32,000 bases of DNA from Demequinaceae bacterium (GTDB lineage Bacteria > Actinomycetota > Actinomycetes > Actinomycetales > Demequinaceae). Positions 1 through 9,956 of this stretch are shown here, piece by piece. The DNA lies in contig OZ252279.1 of the NCBI GenBank assembly GCA_965250005.1, positions 1 to 32,000 on the forward strand, read 5' to 3'. How positions within the stretch are numbered: the stretch's first letter is position 1; every line of letters starts with the position of its first letter. Position numbers and translations under genes: made by a program. Under the pieces are notes generated by a model. It made no database searches. It was given only the letters and a program-made list of their open reading frames with translations, and was not told where the DNA came from.

Positions 1-2
1 CC

Positions 3-218
3 CCATGGCCCGAGGTGCCCGCGGAGAAGAAGCGGTTCCGACGCACCAAGATCGGAGCCGGTGTGGCCACCGAGATTCGCGATGTGGGCCGCGCAGTTAT
101 TGCGCACGCCATCAAGGACGAGATTGTTGAGCCCACGCAGACCATGCACCAGGCGTACCGCGCACTGGATGAACTCACGCATCTGGGCGACGCGCAGACG
201 CCACGCACCGCAGCTTAA
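3..218 (+). CDS. 3' end of an unidentified CDS entering from upstream of the window
   Basis: Frame is open from the window edge to TAA at 216-218. Third codon positions are G/C-rich. No family recognised. Confidence 0.35.
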   Translation, partial: PWPEVPAEKKRFRRTKIGAGVATEIRDVGRAVIAHAIKDEIVEPTQTMHQAYRALDELTHLGDAQTPRTAA

Positions 219-246
219 GCGGGTGTTGGCCCCCCACGGGCAATCG

Positions 247-916
247 CTACTGGGTCGCCGGTGGCGCCTCTAGCGTCTTGCGCGCCTTGGCCGCGAGCTT
301 CACGGCAACCTCGTGCCAACCGGCGCGATCCTTCTTGGTGGGCTTGTCTTTGATCCCGGGCGAGGCGAGCTTCTTGAAGAACGGGTGCTGGGCGGCGTCG
401 GCGATCGCGCCCGCGTACTTGAGCAACGCGTCGGCGGAGTGGTAGCGCACCAGGTAATCCTCGGAGGCCGCGCTGATCTCGAGCGCGTCATTCGCCTCGA
501 GCGAGGGCTCGAGTTTGCCGACCGCCATCGCGGCGTCGATGCCGAAGACCCAGTGATTTCTCCCAACCAATACGTCGAGCATGGTGCTCCGGTGCACCGG
601 GTCTCCGGTGACCTGGAAGAGCGTCTCGGCCTGCTTCAAGGTGAATGAGGCGGACGGCGGGTTCTCGTACGCCTTGAGGTGCTCGAGCGCCTCGGGAACT
701 TTTCGCCCAGCGGCGATGAGCCGGCCGATGGACTCGGCGGCCATCGCGGCCGTAACAGCGACGCCCTCGATCAGCATCGCCTCGACCAGTTCCGGGTCCT
801 CGCGATGCGCCTTCTCGATCGATGACCAGTTCGGCACCGTCGTGCCACACCATGTACGGGTCGCCGAACACATCGACGTGCCAGGTGTCCCACGTGGGCG
901 CGAGCTTCTTTGCCAT
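247..916 (-). pseudogene. Conserved hypothetical protein with an apparent frameshift near 830-845
   Basis: ATG at 916 opens a strongly GC3-biased frame (MAKKLAPTWDTWHVDVFGDPYMVWHDG). From about 837 the GC3 signal and protein-like sequence (TVPNWSSIEKAHREDPELVEAM...KARKTLEAPPATQ) continue in another frame to the stop at 247. Alternative in-frame starts for the long part are ATG 873 or GTG 837. Confidence 0.5.
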
Positions 917-1059
917 GTCGCCAGGGTATCCGGAGACCGGTGTCCCCAGCCCGCTGCGGGGGAGAGCCGACGGCCGGAGCCAACCGCCGCGTCGTCCCTG
1001 GTCCGCGCGAGGGCGAGCCTGGTTGCAGCCGCAAGTAGCGGCGCCTCAAGGAGGGCGCG

Positions 1060-1551
1060 ATGAATGATCTGACAATGACTGTGAACGGCTGGGTGGCCAC
1101 TCAGCCAGCCCAGCATGTGGGGCCGTCGGGGGTGCGGCTCACCAGTTTTCGGATGGCGAGCACGTCCCGGTACTACGACCGGGAGAAGCAAGAATGGGTG
1201 GACGGCCGCACCGAGTGGTTCTCCGTCAAGGTGTTCCGGAACGCCGCGATCACCGTGGCGAACTCTATTCACAAGGGGCAGCCCGTTGTGGTTCACGGGC
1301 GCTTCCGGACATCCGAGTGGGAAGGCGACTCCGGGACGCGCGTGGACCTCGTGATCGACGCGACAAGCGTGGGGCACGACTTGACGCGCGGTACAGCGGA
1401 CTTCTCGCGGGCAGTGGGCGATGGTGCACTGGGCGAGCCGGAAGCTCCGGCAGACCCGCCCGACGTCGAGGCTATCGACGCGGCGGGGTCCGAGGTCGGG
1501 GACGAGAACGAGGACTCGGAGAAGGCCGAGGAGCTGGCGCTGTCGGCGTAA
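1060..1551 (+). CDS. ssb: Single-stranded DNA-binding (OB-fold) protein paralogue with acidic C-terminal tail
   Basis: AAGGAGGG precedes the ATG. SSB-like OB-fold sequence (GWVATQP...VRLTSFRMAST..REW.DG.TEWF.V.VFRN.A..VA.SI.KGQPVVV.GR..T..W) with an acidic tail. The SSB-like gene lies next to ettA, as in mycobacteria (Rv2478c/Rv2477c). Confidence 0.8.
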   Translation: MNDLTMTVNGWVATQPAQHVGPSGVRLTSFRMASTSRYYDREKQEWVDGRTEWFSVKVFRNAAITVANSIHKGQPVVVHGRFRTSEWEGDSGTRVDLVIDATSVGHDLTRGTADFSRAVGDGALGEPEAPADPPDVEAIDAAGSEVGDENEDSEKAEELALSA

Positions 1552-1570
1552 CCTCCGTGCGCCTGAAGCG

Positions 1571-1612
1571 TGAGCGAGCCCTCCCGTTGTGACATTCGCG
1601 GGAGGGCTCGCT
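1571..1612 (+). terminator. Stem-loop downstream of the ssb-like gene
   Basis: 14-bp GC-rich stem (gagcgagccctcccg / cgggagggctcgct) with a 12-nt loop, 20 nt after the stop codon. No U-tract, which is common in high-GC actinobacteria. Confidence 0.5.
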
Positions 1613-1773
1613 TGGGTCCGGGCTGCTACTCGCGCGGAGTCGAACGGCGCAGCAGTAGGTACCCCGACAGCGTGCGCCCGTCGAGGTGCCGGCGACCGAA
1701 TACACTGGTCCCGTGGCGGCGGGACCCCGTTCCCGCGCCGTTCGCACCGACACCCCAATCATGTGGAGCACCA

Positions 1774-3456
1774 GTGGCTGAGTTCATTTACACGATGCAG
1801 AAGGTGCGCAAGGCGCACGGCGACAAGGTCATCCTCGACGACGTCTACATGTCGTTCTACCCGGGCGCCAAGATCGGTGTGGTAGGCCCGAACGGTGCCG
1901 GAAAATCGTCCGTCCTCAAAATCATGGCCGGGCTGGACCAGCCGTCGAACGGCGAGGCGCGACTGAGCGAGGGTTACACCGTCGGCATCCTCATGCAGGA
2001 GCCGGAGCTCAACGAAGACAAGGACGTGCTCGGTAACGTAAAGGAAGGCGCGGGCGAGGTTCAGGCGAAGCTGGACCGCTTCAACGAGGTCTCGGCCCTG
2101 ATGGCGGACCCGGATGCCGACTTCGACGCGCTCATGAAGGAAATGGGCACGCTCCAGGAGTACCTGGATCACGCGGACGCGTGGGACCTCGACAGCCAGC
2201 TCGACCAAGCGATGGACGCGCTCCGCTGCCCGCCCGGTGACGCCGACGTCAAGGTGCTCTCCGGCGGTGAGCGACGCCGCGTCGCACTATGCAAACTCCT
2301 CCTGCAGAAGCCCGACCTGCTGCTCCTCGACGAACCCACCAACCACCTGGATGCCGAGTCCGTTCTCTGGCTCGAGCAGCACCTCGCCAAGTACGCCGGC
2401 GCCGTGCTCGCCGTGACACACGACCGGTACTTCCTCGACAACGTGGCCGAATGGATCCTCGAACTGGACCGCGGCCGCGCCTACCCGTACGAGGGAAACT
2501 ACTCTACGTATCTGGAGCAGAAGCAGGAACGCCTTGCGGTGCAGGGCAAGAAGGACGCGAAGCTCAGCAAGCGCCTCACCGAGGAGCTCGAGTGGGTGCG
2601 GTCGAACGCCAAGGGCCGCCAAACCAAGTCGAAGGCGCGCCTCGCCCGGTACGAAGAGATGGCGGTGGAAGCCGAGAAGACGCGCAAGTTGGACTTCGAA
2701 GAAATCCAGATCCCGCCGGGGCCGCGACTGGGCAACATCGTCCTTGAGGCCAAGAACCTGCAGAAGGGCTTCGACGGGCGCGTGCTCATCGACGGCCTCA
2801 GTTTCACATTGCCACGCAACGGCATCGTCGGCGTGATTGGTCCCAACGGCGTGGGTAAGACCACCCTGTTCAAGACGATCGTCGGATTGGAGCCGCTCGA
2901 CGGCGGCGAGCTCAAGGTGGGCGAGACGGTCAAAATCAGCTACGTGGATCAATCACGCGGCGGGATCGACCCCAACAAGACGCTGTTCGAGGTTGTCTCA
3001 GACGGGCTCGACTTCATCAAGGTAGGCAACGTCGAGATGCCGTCGCGCGCGTACGTGGGCGCGTTCGGCTTCAAAGGGCCGGACCAGCAGAAGCCCGCGG
3101 GTGTGCTCTCCGGTGGCGAGCGCAACCGCCTTAACCTGGCGCTCACCCTTAAGGAGGGAGGAAACCTGCTCCTCCTTGACGAGCCCACCAACGACCTCGA
3201 CGTCGAAACCCTGGGTTCGCTCGAGAACGCGCTGCTGAACTTCCCCGGCTGCGCCGTGGTGGTCTCGCACGATCGCTGGTTCCTTGACCGAGTGACCACG
3301 CACATCCTGGCCTACGAGGGCACCGACGAGAACCCCGCGAACTGGTACTGGTTTGAAGGCAACTTCGACAGCTACGAAGCGAACAAAATCGAGCGCCTTG
3401 GCGAAGAGGCCGCGCGGCCTCACCGCGTCACGTACCGCAAGCTCACGCGGGATTAG
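1774..3456 (+). CDS. ettA: Energy-dependent translational throttle protein EttA (ABC-F ATPase)
   Basis: GTG start at 1774 preceded by GGAG. N-terminus VAEFIYTMQKVRKAHGDK. Two Walker A motifs (GPNGAGKSS, GPNGVGKTT) and two signature motifs (LSGGERRRVAL, LSGGERNRLNL). About 560 aa. Confidence 0.95.
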   Translation: MAEFIYTMQKVRKAHGDKVILDDVYMSFYPGAKIGVVGPNGAGKSSVLKIMAGLDQPSNGEARLSEGYTVGILMQEPELNEDKDVLGNVKEGAGEVQAKLDRFNEVSALMADPDADFDALMKEMGTLQEYLDHADAWDLDSQLDQAMDALRCPPGDADVKVLSGGERRRVALCKLLLQKPDLLLLDEPTNHLDAESVLWLEQHLAKYAGAVLAVTHDRYFLDNVAEWILELDRGRAYPYEGNYSTYLEQKQERLAVQGKKDAKLSKRLTEELEWVRSNAKGRQTKSKARLARYEEMAVEAEKTRKLDFEEIQIPPGPRLGNIVLEAKNLQKGFDGRVLIDGLSFTLPRNGIVGVIGPNGVGKTTLFKTIVGLEPLDGGELKVGETVKISYVDQSRGGIDPNKTLFEVVSDGLDFIKVGNVEMPSRAYVGAFGFKGPDQQKPAGVLSGGERNRLNLALTLKEGGNLLLLDEPTNDLDVETLGSLENALLNFPGCAVVVSHDRWFLDRVTTHILAYEGTDENPANWYWFEGNFDSYEANKIERLGEEAARPHRVTYRKLTRD

Positions 3457-3466
3457 CAATGTTGCC

Positions 3467-3515
<49 letters not shown>

Positions 3516-3566
3516 CGAGTGGCGGCGGCGTTGTGCGGCGGGTGCGAAAAAGTAGCCTCCGGGGTC

Positions 3567-4445
3567 CTAGCTAGGTAGCCGCAGCATGCCTTCTTGGGCA
3601 ATGGTCGCCACCAGGCGACCGTCCTCGGCAAACACCCACGCTCCCGTGAGCCCGCGCCCGCCCTGGGCAGTGGGCGTGTCTTGGACGTACAGGAGCCACT
3701 CGTCAGCGCGCGCCGGACGATGCCACCACATGGCGTGATCGAGACTCGCGTAGTTCATTCCCTCCGTGGTCCACGCGACGCCGTGACGGCGCAGCAGCGG
3801 CTCAAGCATCACTTGGTCGCAGCCGAACGCGATCAGGGCACGATGCGTCAGCTCGTCCACCTCAAGCGGCTGGCGCACCCGCATCCAGGCCGTCTGGTAC
3901 GCCTTGGGGGAGCTGTCGGGCTTGAGGAAGACCGAGCCCTCCACGTGCCGCACGTCGAACGGACCGCGCTCCAGCCAGAAGTCCGCGGCGGGATGGCCCA
4001 CGAACGGCCGCATCAAGTCCACGCCGGACGTCACGGACTCGGGCCCCGGCACCTCGGGCATGGCCACGGAGTGCTCCGGCCCGTCCTGCTCCACCTGAAA
4101 CGACGCGATCATCGACAGGATGGGCTTGCCGTTCTGAATCGCGTGCGCACGACGAGCGGAGAATGAGCTGCCGTCGCGTAGTTCTTCGACCTCGAACTCG
4201 ATGGGCTTGGAGGCATCCCCGGCGCGCAAGAAGTACGCGTGCATCGAGTGGGCGTGCCGGTCGTCGGCGACCGTCCTGCCGGTCGCGATGAGCGCCTGGC
4301 CGAGCACCTGCCCGCCAAACACGCGCCCGCCGGGCATGGGTAGCGATGACCCCGCGAAGGCTGTGTCGCCCGTCTGCTCGAGATCGAGCGCCTTGAGGCC
4401 GGATGCGACCGCGTCGGTGGCCCAGGGATCATCGACCTTGGGCAT
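3567..4445 (-). CDS. tesB: Acyl-CoA thioesterase II
   Basis: 292-aa double hot-dog TesB-like sequence (GGQVLGQAL..., HSMHAYFLR.GD...PI.FEVE.LRDG.SF..RR..A.Q.G..I...). Confidence 0.9.
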   Translation of the reverse strand: MPKVDDPWATDAVASGLKALDLEQTGDTAFAGSSLPMPGGRVFGGQVLGQALIATGRTVADDRHAHSMHAYFLRAGDASKPIEFEVEELRDGSSFSARRAHAIQNGKPILSMIASFQVEQDGPEHSVAMPEVPGPESVTSGVDLMRPFVGHPAADFWLERGPFDVRHVEGSVFLKPDSSPKAYQTAWMRVRQPLEVDELTHRALIAFGCDQVMLEPLLRRHGVAWTTEGMNYASLDHAMWWHRPARADEWLLYVQDTPTAQGGRGLTGAWVFAEDGRLVATIAQEGMLRLPS

Positions 4446-4613
4446 GGGCTCTCCTGGCAGGTGCGGACGGGTACTTTGAGGTTATCCTGCCCGTGCGCCG
4501 CTCTTCTAGCCGCACTGATTCCGCGATCGTTCCCGGCACGCCGCCACGTCGACGCCCACGTAGAGAACGCTCTATGACCACCACTCGCGAATCAGCGTGA
4601 GTATCGTGGGGCC

Positions 4614-5363
4614 ATGAACGAACCGACGACGGCCGACGACCCGTTCTTGATCAACCCTCGTGAGAAGGCAGCGCCCGAGCGCAAGCGCGCGCCGGGAGTC
4701 AAAGCGCCTCGCCTCGTGGGCGACACCGTGGATTTGCGAGGGACCGGCTCTCCGCAAGAGAGCTATCCCAATGCGAAACCGATGCCCACGCCGGTCGCGG
4801 CTCCGGCCCCAGCTCCAGCGCCAGTCGTGCCAACTCCGGTCCCGGGGGGCCCACCTGCGCCTCCACTCGCAGCCGCGCCTAGCGCGGCAACGGCTCCGGG
4901 TCCGAACCCATCCGCCTACGCGGCCCCGCCGCCGCAGGCGTATCCGCCGCACCAGACTGCGCAGTGGAAGCGCAGTTGGAAGACCACCTGGGCCCGATGG
5001 GGCGTTGCGGCGGGCATCACGTGGGTGCTCTCAGGGATCTTCGGCTTTGTTCTTGCATCGGCGTTCGTTACGGGGCAGTCGTACGAGGCCCTGGGCTACT
5101 CCGTTGGCGAGCTCTCTCTCGGCTACGCTCTCTACGTGTTCTTTTGGGGCCACTGGTACGACCACGTGATCGCGGGCGCAGGCAAGTGGGGCGCCTTCGC
5201 GGTGACCGTGGGTACGGCCGGATTTCTATCCCTGTTCGGCTCGCTGGGCGTCAGTTGGCTCCCTCCCGGCGTCTACTTCCTGCTCGCAATCGCGATCGCG
5301 TCCATCACGTTCCTTACCGTGACGGCGGTTTTCAAGTCGTCCTTCAAGCCACCGACTGCCTAG
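4614..5363 (+). CDS. Membrane protein: Pro/Ala-rich N-terminal region plus one divergent four-TM WWxDH module (member A)
   Basis: N-terminal low-complexity P/A tract. C-terminal module QWKRSWKTTWARW...VFFWGHWYDHVIAGAGKWGAF...VFKSSFKPP. Confidence 0.7.
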   Translation: MNEPTTADDPFLINPREKAAPERKRAPGVKAPRLVGDTVDLRGTGSPQESYPNAKPMPTPVAAPAPAPAPVVPTPVPGGPPAPPLAAAPSAATAPGPNPSAYAAPPPQAYPPHQTAQWKRSWKTTWARWGVAAGITWVLSGIFGFVLASAFVTGQSYEALGYSVGELSLGYALYVFFWGHWYDHVIAGAGKWGAFAVTVGTAGFLSLFGSLGVSWLPPGVYFLLAIAIASITFLTVTAVFKSSFKPPTA

Positions 5364-5366
5364 CGC

Positions 5367-6062
5367 GTGTTCTTCCTCAAAGCTCTCGCGACATCACTGC
5401 TGACGGTCATCCGGGCAGGAAAGTGGCAGCGCCGCTGGAGCGTCACCGCGTGGAGGTTCGGGATCGCCACGATTCCCGGCGCGATGGTCGCGGTCGTTAT
5501 TCGCGTGTCCGTGCCGGGTGGAGGTGAGGATCCGTCCTGGGGCAATGCCGCCACCACCTACCTGTGGCTCGCCCTCCCGGTGCTGATATACGGGATCCTC
5601 GGCGGAGCTGCGGTGGACCACTATGTCGCGCGCGTCGGCGGGCTGCTTACCTGGCTCTCGCACCTGTTGTGGTCGCTCATGGTCGGCACAGTGGTGGTTG
5701 GTGGCTGGTTCTTGTGGTCGGCGTCCTCGGGCAACGTGACCGACGCGGCGACCGCCTGGCTTGCACTGAGCTGGCTCCCGCTTGCGGCGACCATCGTCCA
5801 CCTTTTCGCGGGCTTCGTGCCTGGCTCCTTCCCCAAGCCCAAGGCGGTGCGCGAGAACATCAAGGACGTGCGCGACCTGTATCGCAAGCTGCGCGCCAAG
5901 GGCGCGAACTGGCGTGATGACCGCGATGGCCGGCGCGACCGCAGGCTTGAGGCCAAGAGCGAGCGGCTAGAGAAACGCCGGGAGCTCAAGCAACGGCCGG
6001 CCGCACTACCGCCCGGACGCTCGCGGCCCGAGCGGCTGAACCGCGAACCGGACCAGCACTAG
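5367..6062 (+). CDS. Membrane protein with one divergent four-TM module and a highly charged C-terminal tail (member B)
   Basis: GTG start 4 nt after the member A stop. [14 protein letters not shown]...[21 protein letters not shown]...[10 protein letters not shown], then an Arg/Lys/Asp/Glu-rich tail. Confidence 0.65.
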   Translation: MFFLKALATSLLTVIRAGKWQRRWSVTAWRFGIATIPGAMVAVVIRVSVPGGGEDPSWGNAATTYLWLALPVLIYGILGGAAVDHYVARVGGLLTWLSHLLWSLMVGTVVVGGWFLWSASSGNVTDAATAWLALSWLPLAATIVHLFAGFVPGSFPKPKAVRENIKDVRDLYRKLRAKGANWRDDRDGRRDRRLEAKSERLEKRRELKQRPAALPPGRSRPERLNREPDQH

Positions 6063-6499
6063 GCGCTCGGCGTCTCCTCGAAGGTATTGACCATCGAGTG
6101 CGCCGCGCGCTCCATGTAGTCCATGAGCGTGGTCCGATGCATGGGCGCGAGGTCCACGGAGTTGACGGCGGCGCGCATGTGCGAGATCCACCGGTCGCGC
6201 GCATCGGGATTGACCCGGAACGGCTGGTGGCGCATCCGCAGCCGCGGGTGACCGCGCTGCTCGCCGTACGTTTGCGGCCCGCCCCAGTACTGTTCGAGGA
6301 ACATGCGCAGCCGGTCGGCGGCGCCGTCCAGCGACTGCTCGGGGTACAAGGGGCGCAGCACCGGATCCTCTGCGACGCGGGAGTAAAACTCCGCGACCAT
6401 CGTCTGGAATGTCTCGTGCCCACCGACAACCTCGTAGAACGACGCCGCCCGGTTGAAGTCCGCAGGGTTCTGCTCCTGAAACGGCTCGGCCTCGCTCAC
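6059..6499 (-). CDS. glbO: Group II truncated haemoglobin (trHbO)
   Basis: [57 protein letters not shown] motif string. GTG start overlaps the upstream TGA (GTGA at 6496-6499). Confidence 0.85.
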   Translation of the reverse strand: MSEAEPFQEQNPADFNRAASFYEVVGGHETFQTMVAEFYSRVAEDPVLRPLYPEQSLDGAADRLRMFLEQYWGGPQTYGEQRGHPRLRMRHQPFRVNPDARDRWISHMRAAVNSVDLAPMHRTTLMDYMERAAHSMVNTFEETPSA

Positions 6500-7533
6500 G
6501 GCTTGGCCTTGGGCTTTGCCTTCGCGGCCGCCTTGGCGCGCCTGGCTTTGCCTCCGACGGATTTGGCGGGCGACGGGTCGTCGTTGTACTCGGTGAACAT
6601 CCGGTTGTCGGGAGCCGCCAGGCGGATGCCCCGCTCCGTGAACTGCCGGCGAATGTGCCAGCGGATAGCGCGCTGCACCGACCACTGCTGGCCGGGCTGC
6701 ACCTGCACCAGCACGCGTAGCAGGATGGCGTCGGCGGCGAGGCTCTCGACACCGGGAATCTCGGGATCCCCGAGCACGTGCGGGGATACATTGCCCTCAA
6801 GAAGTGCGTCCTGCGCGGCCTTCATCATGGCGGCGCGCGCGTCCTCCACGCTCTCGCGGTAGTCCACGCGAACCTCGACCATGGCTCGCGACCACACCCG
6901 CGACATGTTGCCCACCCGGGCGATCTCGCCGTTTGGCACGAACCAGACGGTGCCGTCCAGGTTGCGGATGCGCGTGGAGCGCAAGCCGACCTCTTCGACC
7001 GTGCCGGTCACGCCGCCCAGGTCCACGTTGTCGCCCACACCGTACTGGTCCTCGATCAGCATGAACATCCCGCTCAGCAGGTCCTTGACCAGTGACTGCG
7101 CACCAAAGCCAAACGCGACGCCGACGATGCCCGCGGACGCGACCAGCGGTGTCACCGGGATTCCCACTTGTGCGAGCACCATGACCACGGCGATCAGGGT
7201 GATGGTTACTCCCAGCGCGCTGCGCAGCACCACACCAATGGTCTTGGCGCGCATGGAGCGTCGCTCGTCTTCAAGCTGCTTCTGGAGGGTCTGCCGCGGT
7301 GCGCCCAGGCGGGTCTTGCGCAGCACTTTGCGCGCGCGTCGCTCGCCCTTGTCGAAGCCGTCCTCGATGCCCTGAACCACCTTGCGGATGGCTACGCGGC
7401 CTACGAAGAACAGGAGGAAGGCGGCGAGCACCGTGCCGACAACTTCTAGCGTGGTTTGGCTCGCACCCCCAAGCCAATCGACGATGTTGTCCCACCATTC
7501 GGCGGCGGTGTCCTGAATTGCGGCATTTTGCAT
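6496..7533 (-). CDS. Mechanosensitive ion channel family protein (MscS-like) with Lys/Ala-rich C-terminus
   Basis: TM helices followed by the MscS core ([48 protein letters not shown]...VPNG). Confidence 0.9.
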   Translation of the reverse strand: MQNAAIQDTAAEWWDNIVDWLGGASQTTLEVVGTVLAAFLLFFVGRVAIRKVVQGIEDGFDKGERRARKVLRKTRLGAPRQTLQKQLEDERRSMRAKTIGVVLRSALGVTITLIAVVMVLAQVGIPVTPLVASAGIVGVAFGFGAQSLVKDLLSGMFMLIEDQYGVGDNVDLGGVTGTVEEVGLRSTRIRNLDGTVWFVPNGEIARVGNMSRVWSRAMVEVRVDYRESVEDARAAMMKAAQDALLEGNVSPHVLGDPEIPGVESLAADAILLRVLVQVQPGQQWSVQRAIRWHIRRQFTERGIRLAAPDNRMFTEYNDDPSPAKSVGGKARRAKAAAKAKPKAKP

Positions 7534-7579
7534 GCGACCAGCCTACGGGTTGGGAGGCATCCTCTGGCAAGATGTATGC

Positions 7580-9817
7580 GTGACCGACATCAAGGCAGAT
7601 GTGACAGCCGTGGGGGACGACCCGCAGGCGCGTGTCAATGCGCACTCGGCCGCCCTGATCCGGCTTGCTGCGGCGCACGGTGTCTACGCCGAGTACACGT
7701 CGTGGGACGGCGAGGAGCGACGGTCGTCAAGCAAGGCGATCCGCGCCGCACTCGCCGCCATGGGCGTTGCCGCTGGGGACGATGCGCAGTGCCAGCGCGA
7801 ACTAGACACGCTCGAGGACAAGAAGTGGCTGACAACCGTTCCACCGGTCACCGTTGTGCGCGAGGGCGAGGCCGCCGAGGTTCACGTTCACGCCGACCAC
7901 AGCGCGCTACCGGACGTGAACCTGGTTCTCGAGAATGGCGTCACGATCGCGCCGGCGCAACTCAACAAGCACGTCGAGCCGCGCGAAGTTGAGGGCCAGA
8001 CGATCACTCGCGCGACCTTCCAGCTGCCCTCAGACTTGCCTCTTGGCTGGCACACCATCGAGGTGAACCTCGACGATGACGTGGCCCGCGGCGTCGTCGT
8101 AGTGACGCCCGACCAGCTCGAGGTCCCTGCAGCAGTACGCAACAAGCGGCCGTGGGGCTTCATGACCCAGCTGTATTCGGTGCGGTCCGAGCGCTCATGG
8201 GGCCTAGGCGACCTGGCTGACCTGCGCGACCTGTGCACGCTGAGCGCTTCGCGCGCAGGCGCAGACTTTGTGCTGGTCAACCCGCTGCACGCCGCGGAGC
8301 CCGTCCCGCCGCTGACGGCCTCGCCATACCTGCCGTCGTCGCGCCAGTTCGTCAACCCGCTCTACATTCGCGTCGAGGACATCCCCGAAGTCGCCTACAT
8401 GACGTCCGCTGAACGCGCTGTGCTCGAGTGGAAGGCAGAGGCGCTGCACGCCGCTTCGACCAGCGCCGCGCTGCTTGACCGCGACGCCGCGTGGGAAGCA
8501 AAGATTGAGGCGCTCGAAGAAGTGTTCAAGATGCCGCGCAACGCGGCGCGCGAGGCGCAGTTCCGCCACTACGTGAAGCGCAGGGGCTGGGCGCTCGAGG
8601 ACTTCGCAACGTGGTGCGCGATCGCCGAGGAGCGCTCCGGTACTACGGTCCTCACCGATTCTCCTGGCGGCCCAAACGACGGAGCGAGCCCGGACGACCG
8701 GTGGCCCGACGTGCTCGCCACTCCGGTAGCGCCCGGCGTCACTGCATTCCGCGAGATTCACGCCAAGCGCGTGGAGTTCTTCGCATGGCTGCAGTGGCTC
8801 GCCGACGAGCAGCGGTCCGCGGTGCAAGTCGCGGCGCGCCGTGCCGGCATGAGCATCGGCGTTATCGGCGATCTTGCCGTGGGCGTGCACCCCACGGGTG
8901 CGGATGCGTGGGCGCTCGGCCACGCCCTGGTCCGCGGCGTCTCCGTTGGCGCACCCCCGGACTTGTTTAACCAGCAGGGCCAGAACTGGTCGCAGCCGCC
9001 GTGGCACCCGCGCGCGCTTGAGGACGCGGCGTACTTGCCGTTTCGCGAGATGGTGCGCGCCTCGCTGCGTCACGTCGGCGCGGTCAGGGTGGACCACATC
9101 ATGGGGCTGTTCCGTCTCTGGTGGGTGCCCGAGGGCCACTCCCCAGACGACGGCGTGTACGTGCGTTACGACCATGAGGCGATGGTGGGCATCCTCGCGC
9201 TCGAAGCGCACCGCGCCGGGGCAATGGTTATCGGCGAGGATCTGGGAACCGTCGAACCATGGGTCTCCGGATATCTGAAGGAGCGCGGCATTCTTGGCAC
9301 CACTGTGCTGTGGTTCGAGAACGACGCTCACGGCAACTTTAGTGACCCCGCGATGCACCGCGCGGAGGCGCTCGCGACCATCACCACGCACGATCACCCG
9401 ACCACCGCGAGCTTCCTGTCAGGCGAGCACGTGGACGTGCGAAACAAGCTCGGCCTGCTGGTCGAGCCTTACCGGAACGTTCGCGAGGACGCGGCCCGCG
9501 ACCGCACCAAGGCCGTCGCGTTCCTCGAGCACCACGGGTTCGCGGGCAACGGCGTGAACGGTGACGTTGACCCGGAGCAGGACCTGCTGATAGGCCTGCA
9601 CCGCGCGGTGATGGCCTCTCCCGCGCTGCTCACGGGAATCTCACTCGCCGACGCCGTGGGTGAGCGCAAGGCCCAGAACCAGCCCGGCACGGACCGCGAG
9701 TATCCCAACTGGCGCATCCCGCTGACCGACGCGCGCGGCGGCGTAGTGATGCTGGACAATCTGTTCGACCACCCGCGCATGCAGGCGCTGGTCGCGGCGC
9801 TCAACGAGTCGCGGTAG
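7580..9817 (+). CDS. malQ: 4-alpha-glucanotransferase (amylomaltase)
   Basis: Long actinobacterial MalQ. N-terminal LIRLAAAHGV.AEYTSW.G. GH77 core (RSWG.GDL.DL, NPLHA, PY.PSSR.F.NPLYI, DH.MGLFRLWW.P, IGEDLGTV). Start is uncertain: GTG 7580, GTG 7601 or ATG 7532. Confidence 0.9.
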   Translation: MTDIKADVTAVGDDPQARVNAHSAALIRLAAAHGVYAEYTSWDGEERRSSSKAIRAALAAMGVAAGDDAQCQRELDTLEDKKWLTTVPPVTVVREGEAAEVHVHADHSALPDVNLVLENGVTIAPAQLNKHVEPREVEGQTITRATFQLPSDLPLGWHTIEVNLDDDVARGVVVVTPDQLEVPAAVRNKRPWGFMTQLYSVRSERSWGLGDLADLRDLCTLSASRAGADFVLVNPLHAAEPVPPLTASPYLPSSRQFVNPLYIRVEDIPEVAYMTSAERAVLEWKAEALHAASTSAALLDRDAAWEAKIEALEEVFKMPRNAAREAQFRHYVKRRGWALEDFATWCAIAEERSGTTVLTDSPGGPNDGASPDDRWPDVLATPVAPGVTAFREIHAKRVEFFAWLQWLADEQRSAVQVAARRAGMSIGVIGDLAVGVHPTGADAWALGHALVRGVSVGAPPDLFNQQGQNWSQPPWHPRALEDAAYLPFREMVRASLRHVGAVRVDHIMGLFRLWWVPEGHSPDDGVYVRYDHEAMVGILALEAHRAGAMVIGEDLGTVEPWVSGYLKERGILGTTVLWFENDAHGNFSDPAMHRAEALATITTHDHPTTASFLSGEHVDVRNKLGLLVEPYRNVREDAARDRTKAVAFLEHHGFAGNGVNGDVDPEQDLLIGLHRAVMASPALLTGISLADAVGERKAQNQPGTDREYPNWRIPLTDARGGVVMLDNLFDHPRMQALVAALNESR

Positions 9818-9822
9818 GTCTC

Positions 9823-9890
9823 TCGCAGCTCGCAGCTCGCAGCTCGCAGCTCGCGGATGGCAGCTCGCGGATGGCGGATGGCGGATCGCG
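9823..9890. repeat. Compound microsatellite: (TCGCAGC)x4 followed by interleaved CGGATGG units
   Basis: Begins 6 nt after the malQ stop. Four perfect heptamers at 9823-9850, then tcgcggatgg/cagctcgcggatgg/cggatgg/cggatcgcgg. Confidence 0.9.
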
Positions 9891-9956
9891 GTTTTCGCCG
9901 AGCGCGCGGTGCCGACCTGCGCTAGCATTGTGTGCGAGCCACGGAGGAGGGACGAC

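Noticed and set aside
1707-1726. Perfect 7-bp hairpin (GGTCCCG-tggcgg-CGGGACC) in the ettA 5' leader, as a possible regulatory element
   Set aside because: It is a single short GC hairpin in GC-rich DNA with no recognisable riboswitch or leader-peptide architecture. It cannot be distinguished from chance.
247-1758. 503-aa ORF on the minus strand spanning the ssb-like gene
   Set aside because: Only its last ~200 codons look coding. The upstream part is the antisense shadow of the ssb-like gene and intergenic DNA (Arg/Pro/Gly-rich, poor GC3). Long spurious ORFs are expected at this GC content.
8204-9397. 397-aa minus-strand ORF inside malQ
   Set aside because: Antisense shadow ORF. The translation is Arg/Ala/Gly-rich without recognisable domains, and the malQ frame carries GH77 motifs.
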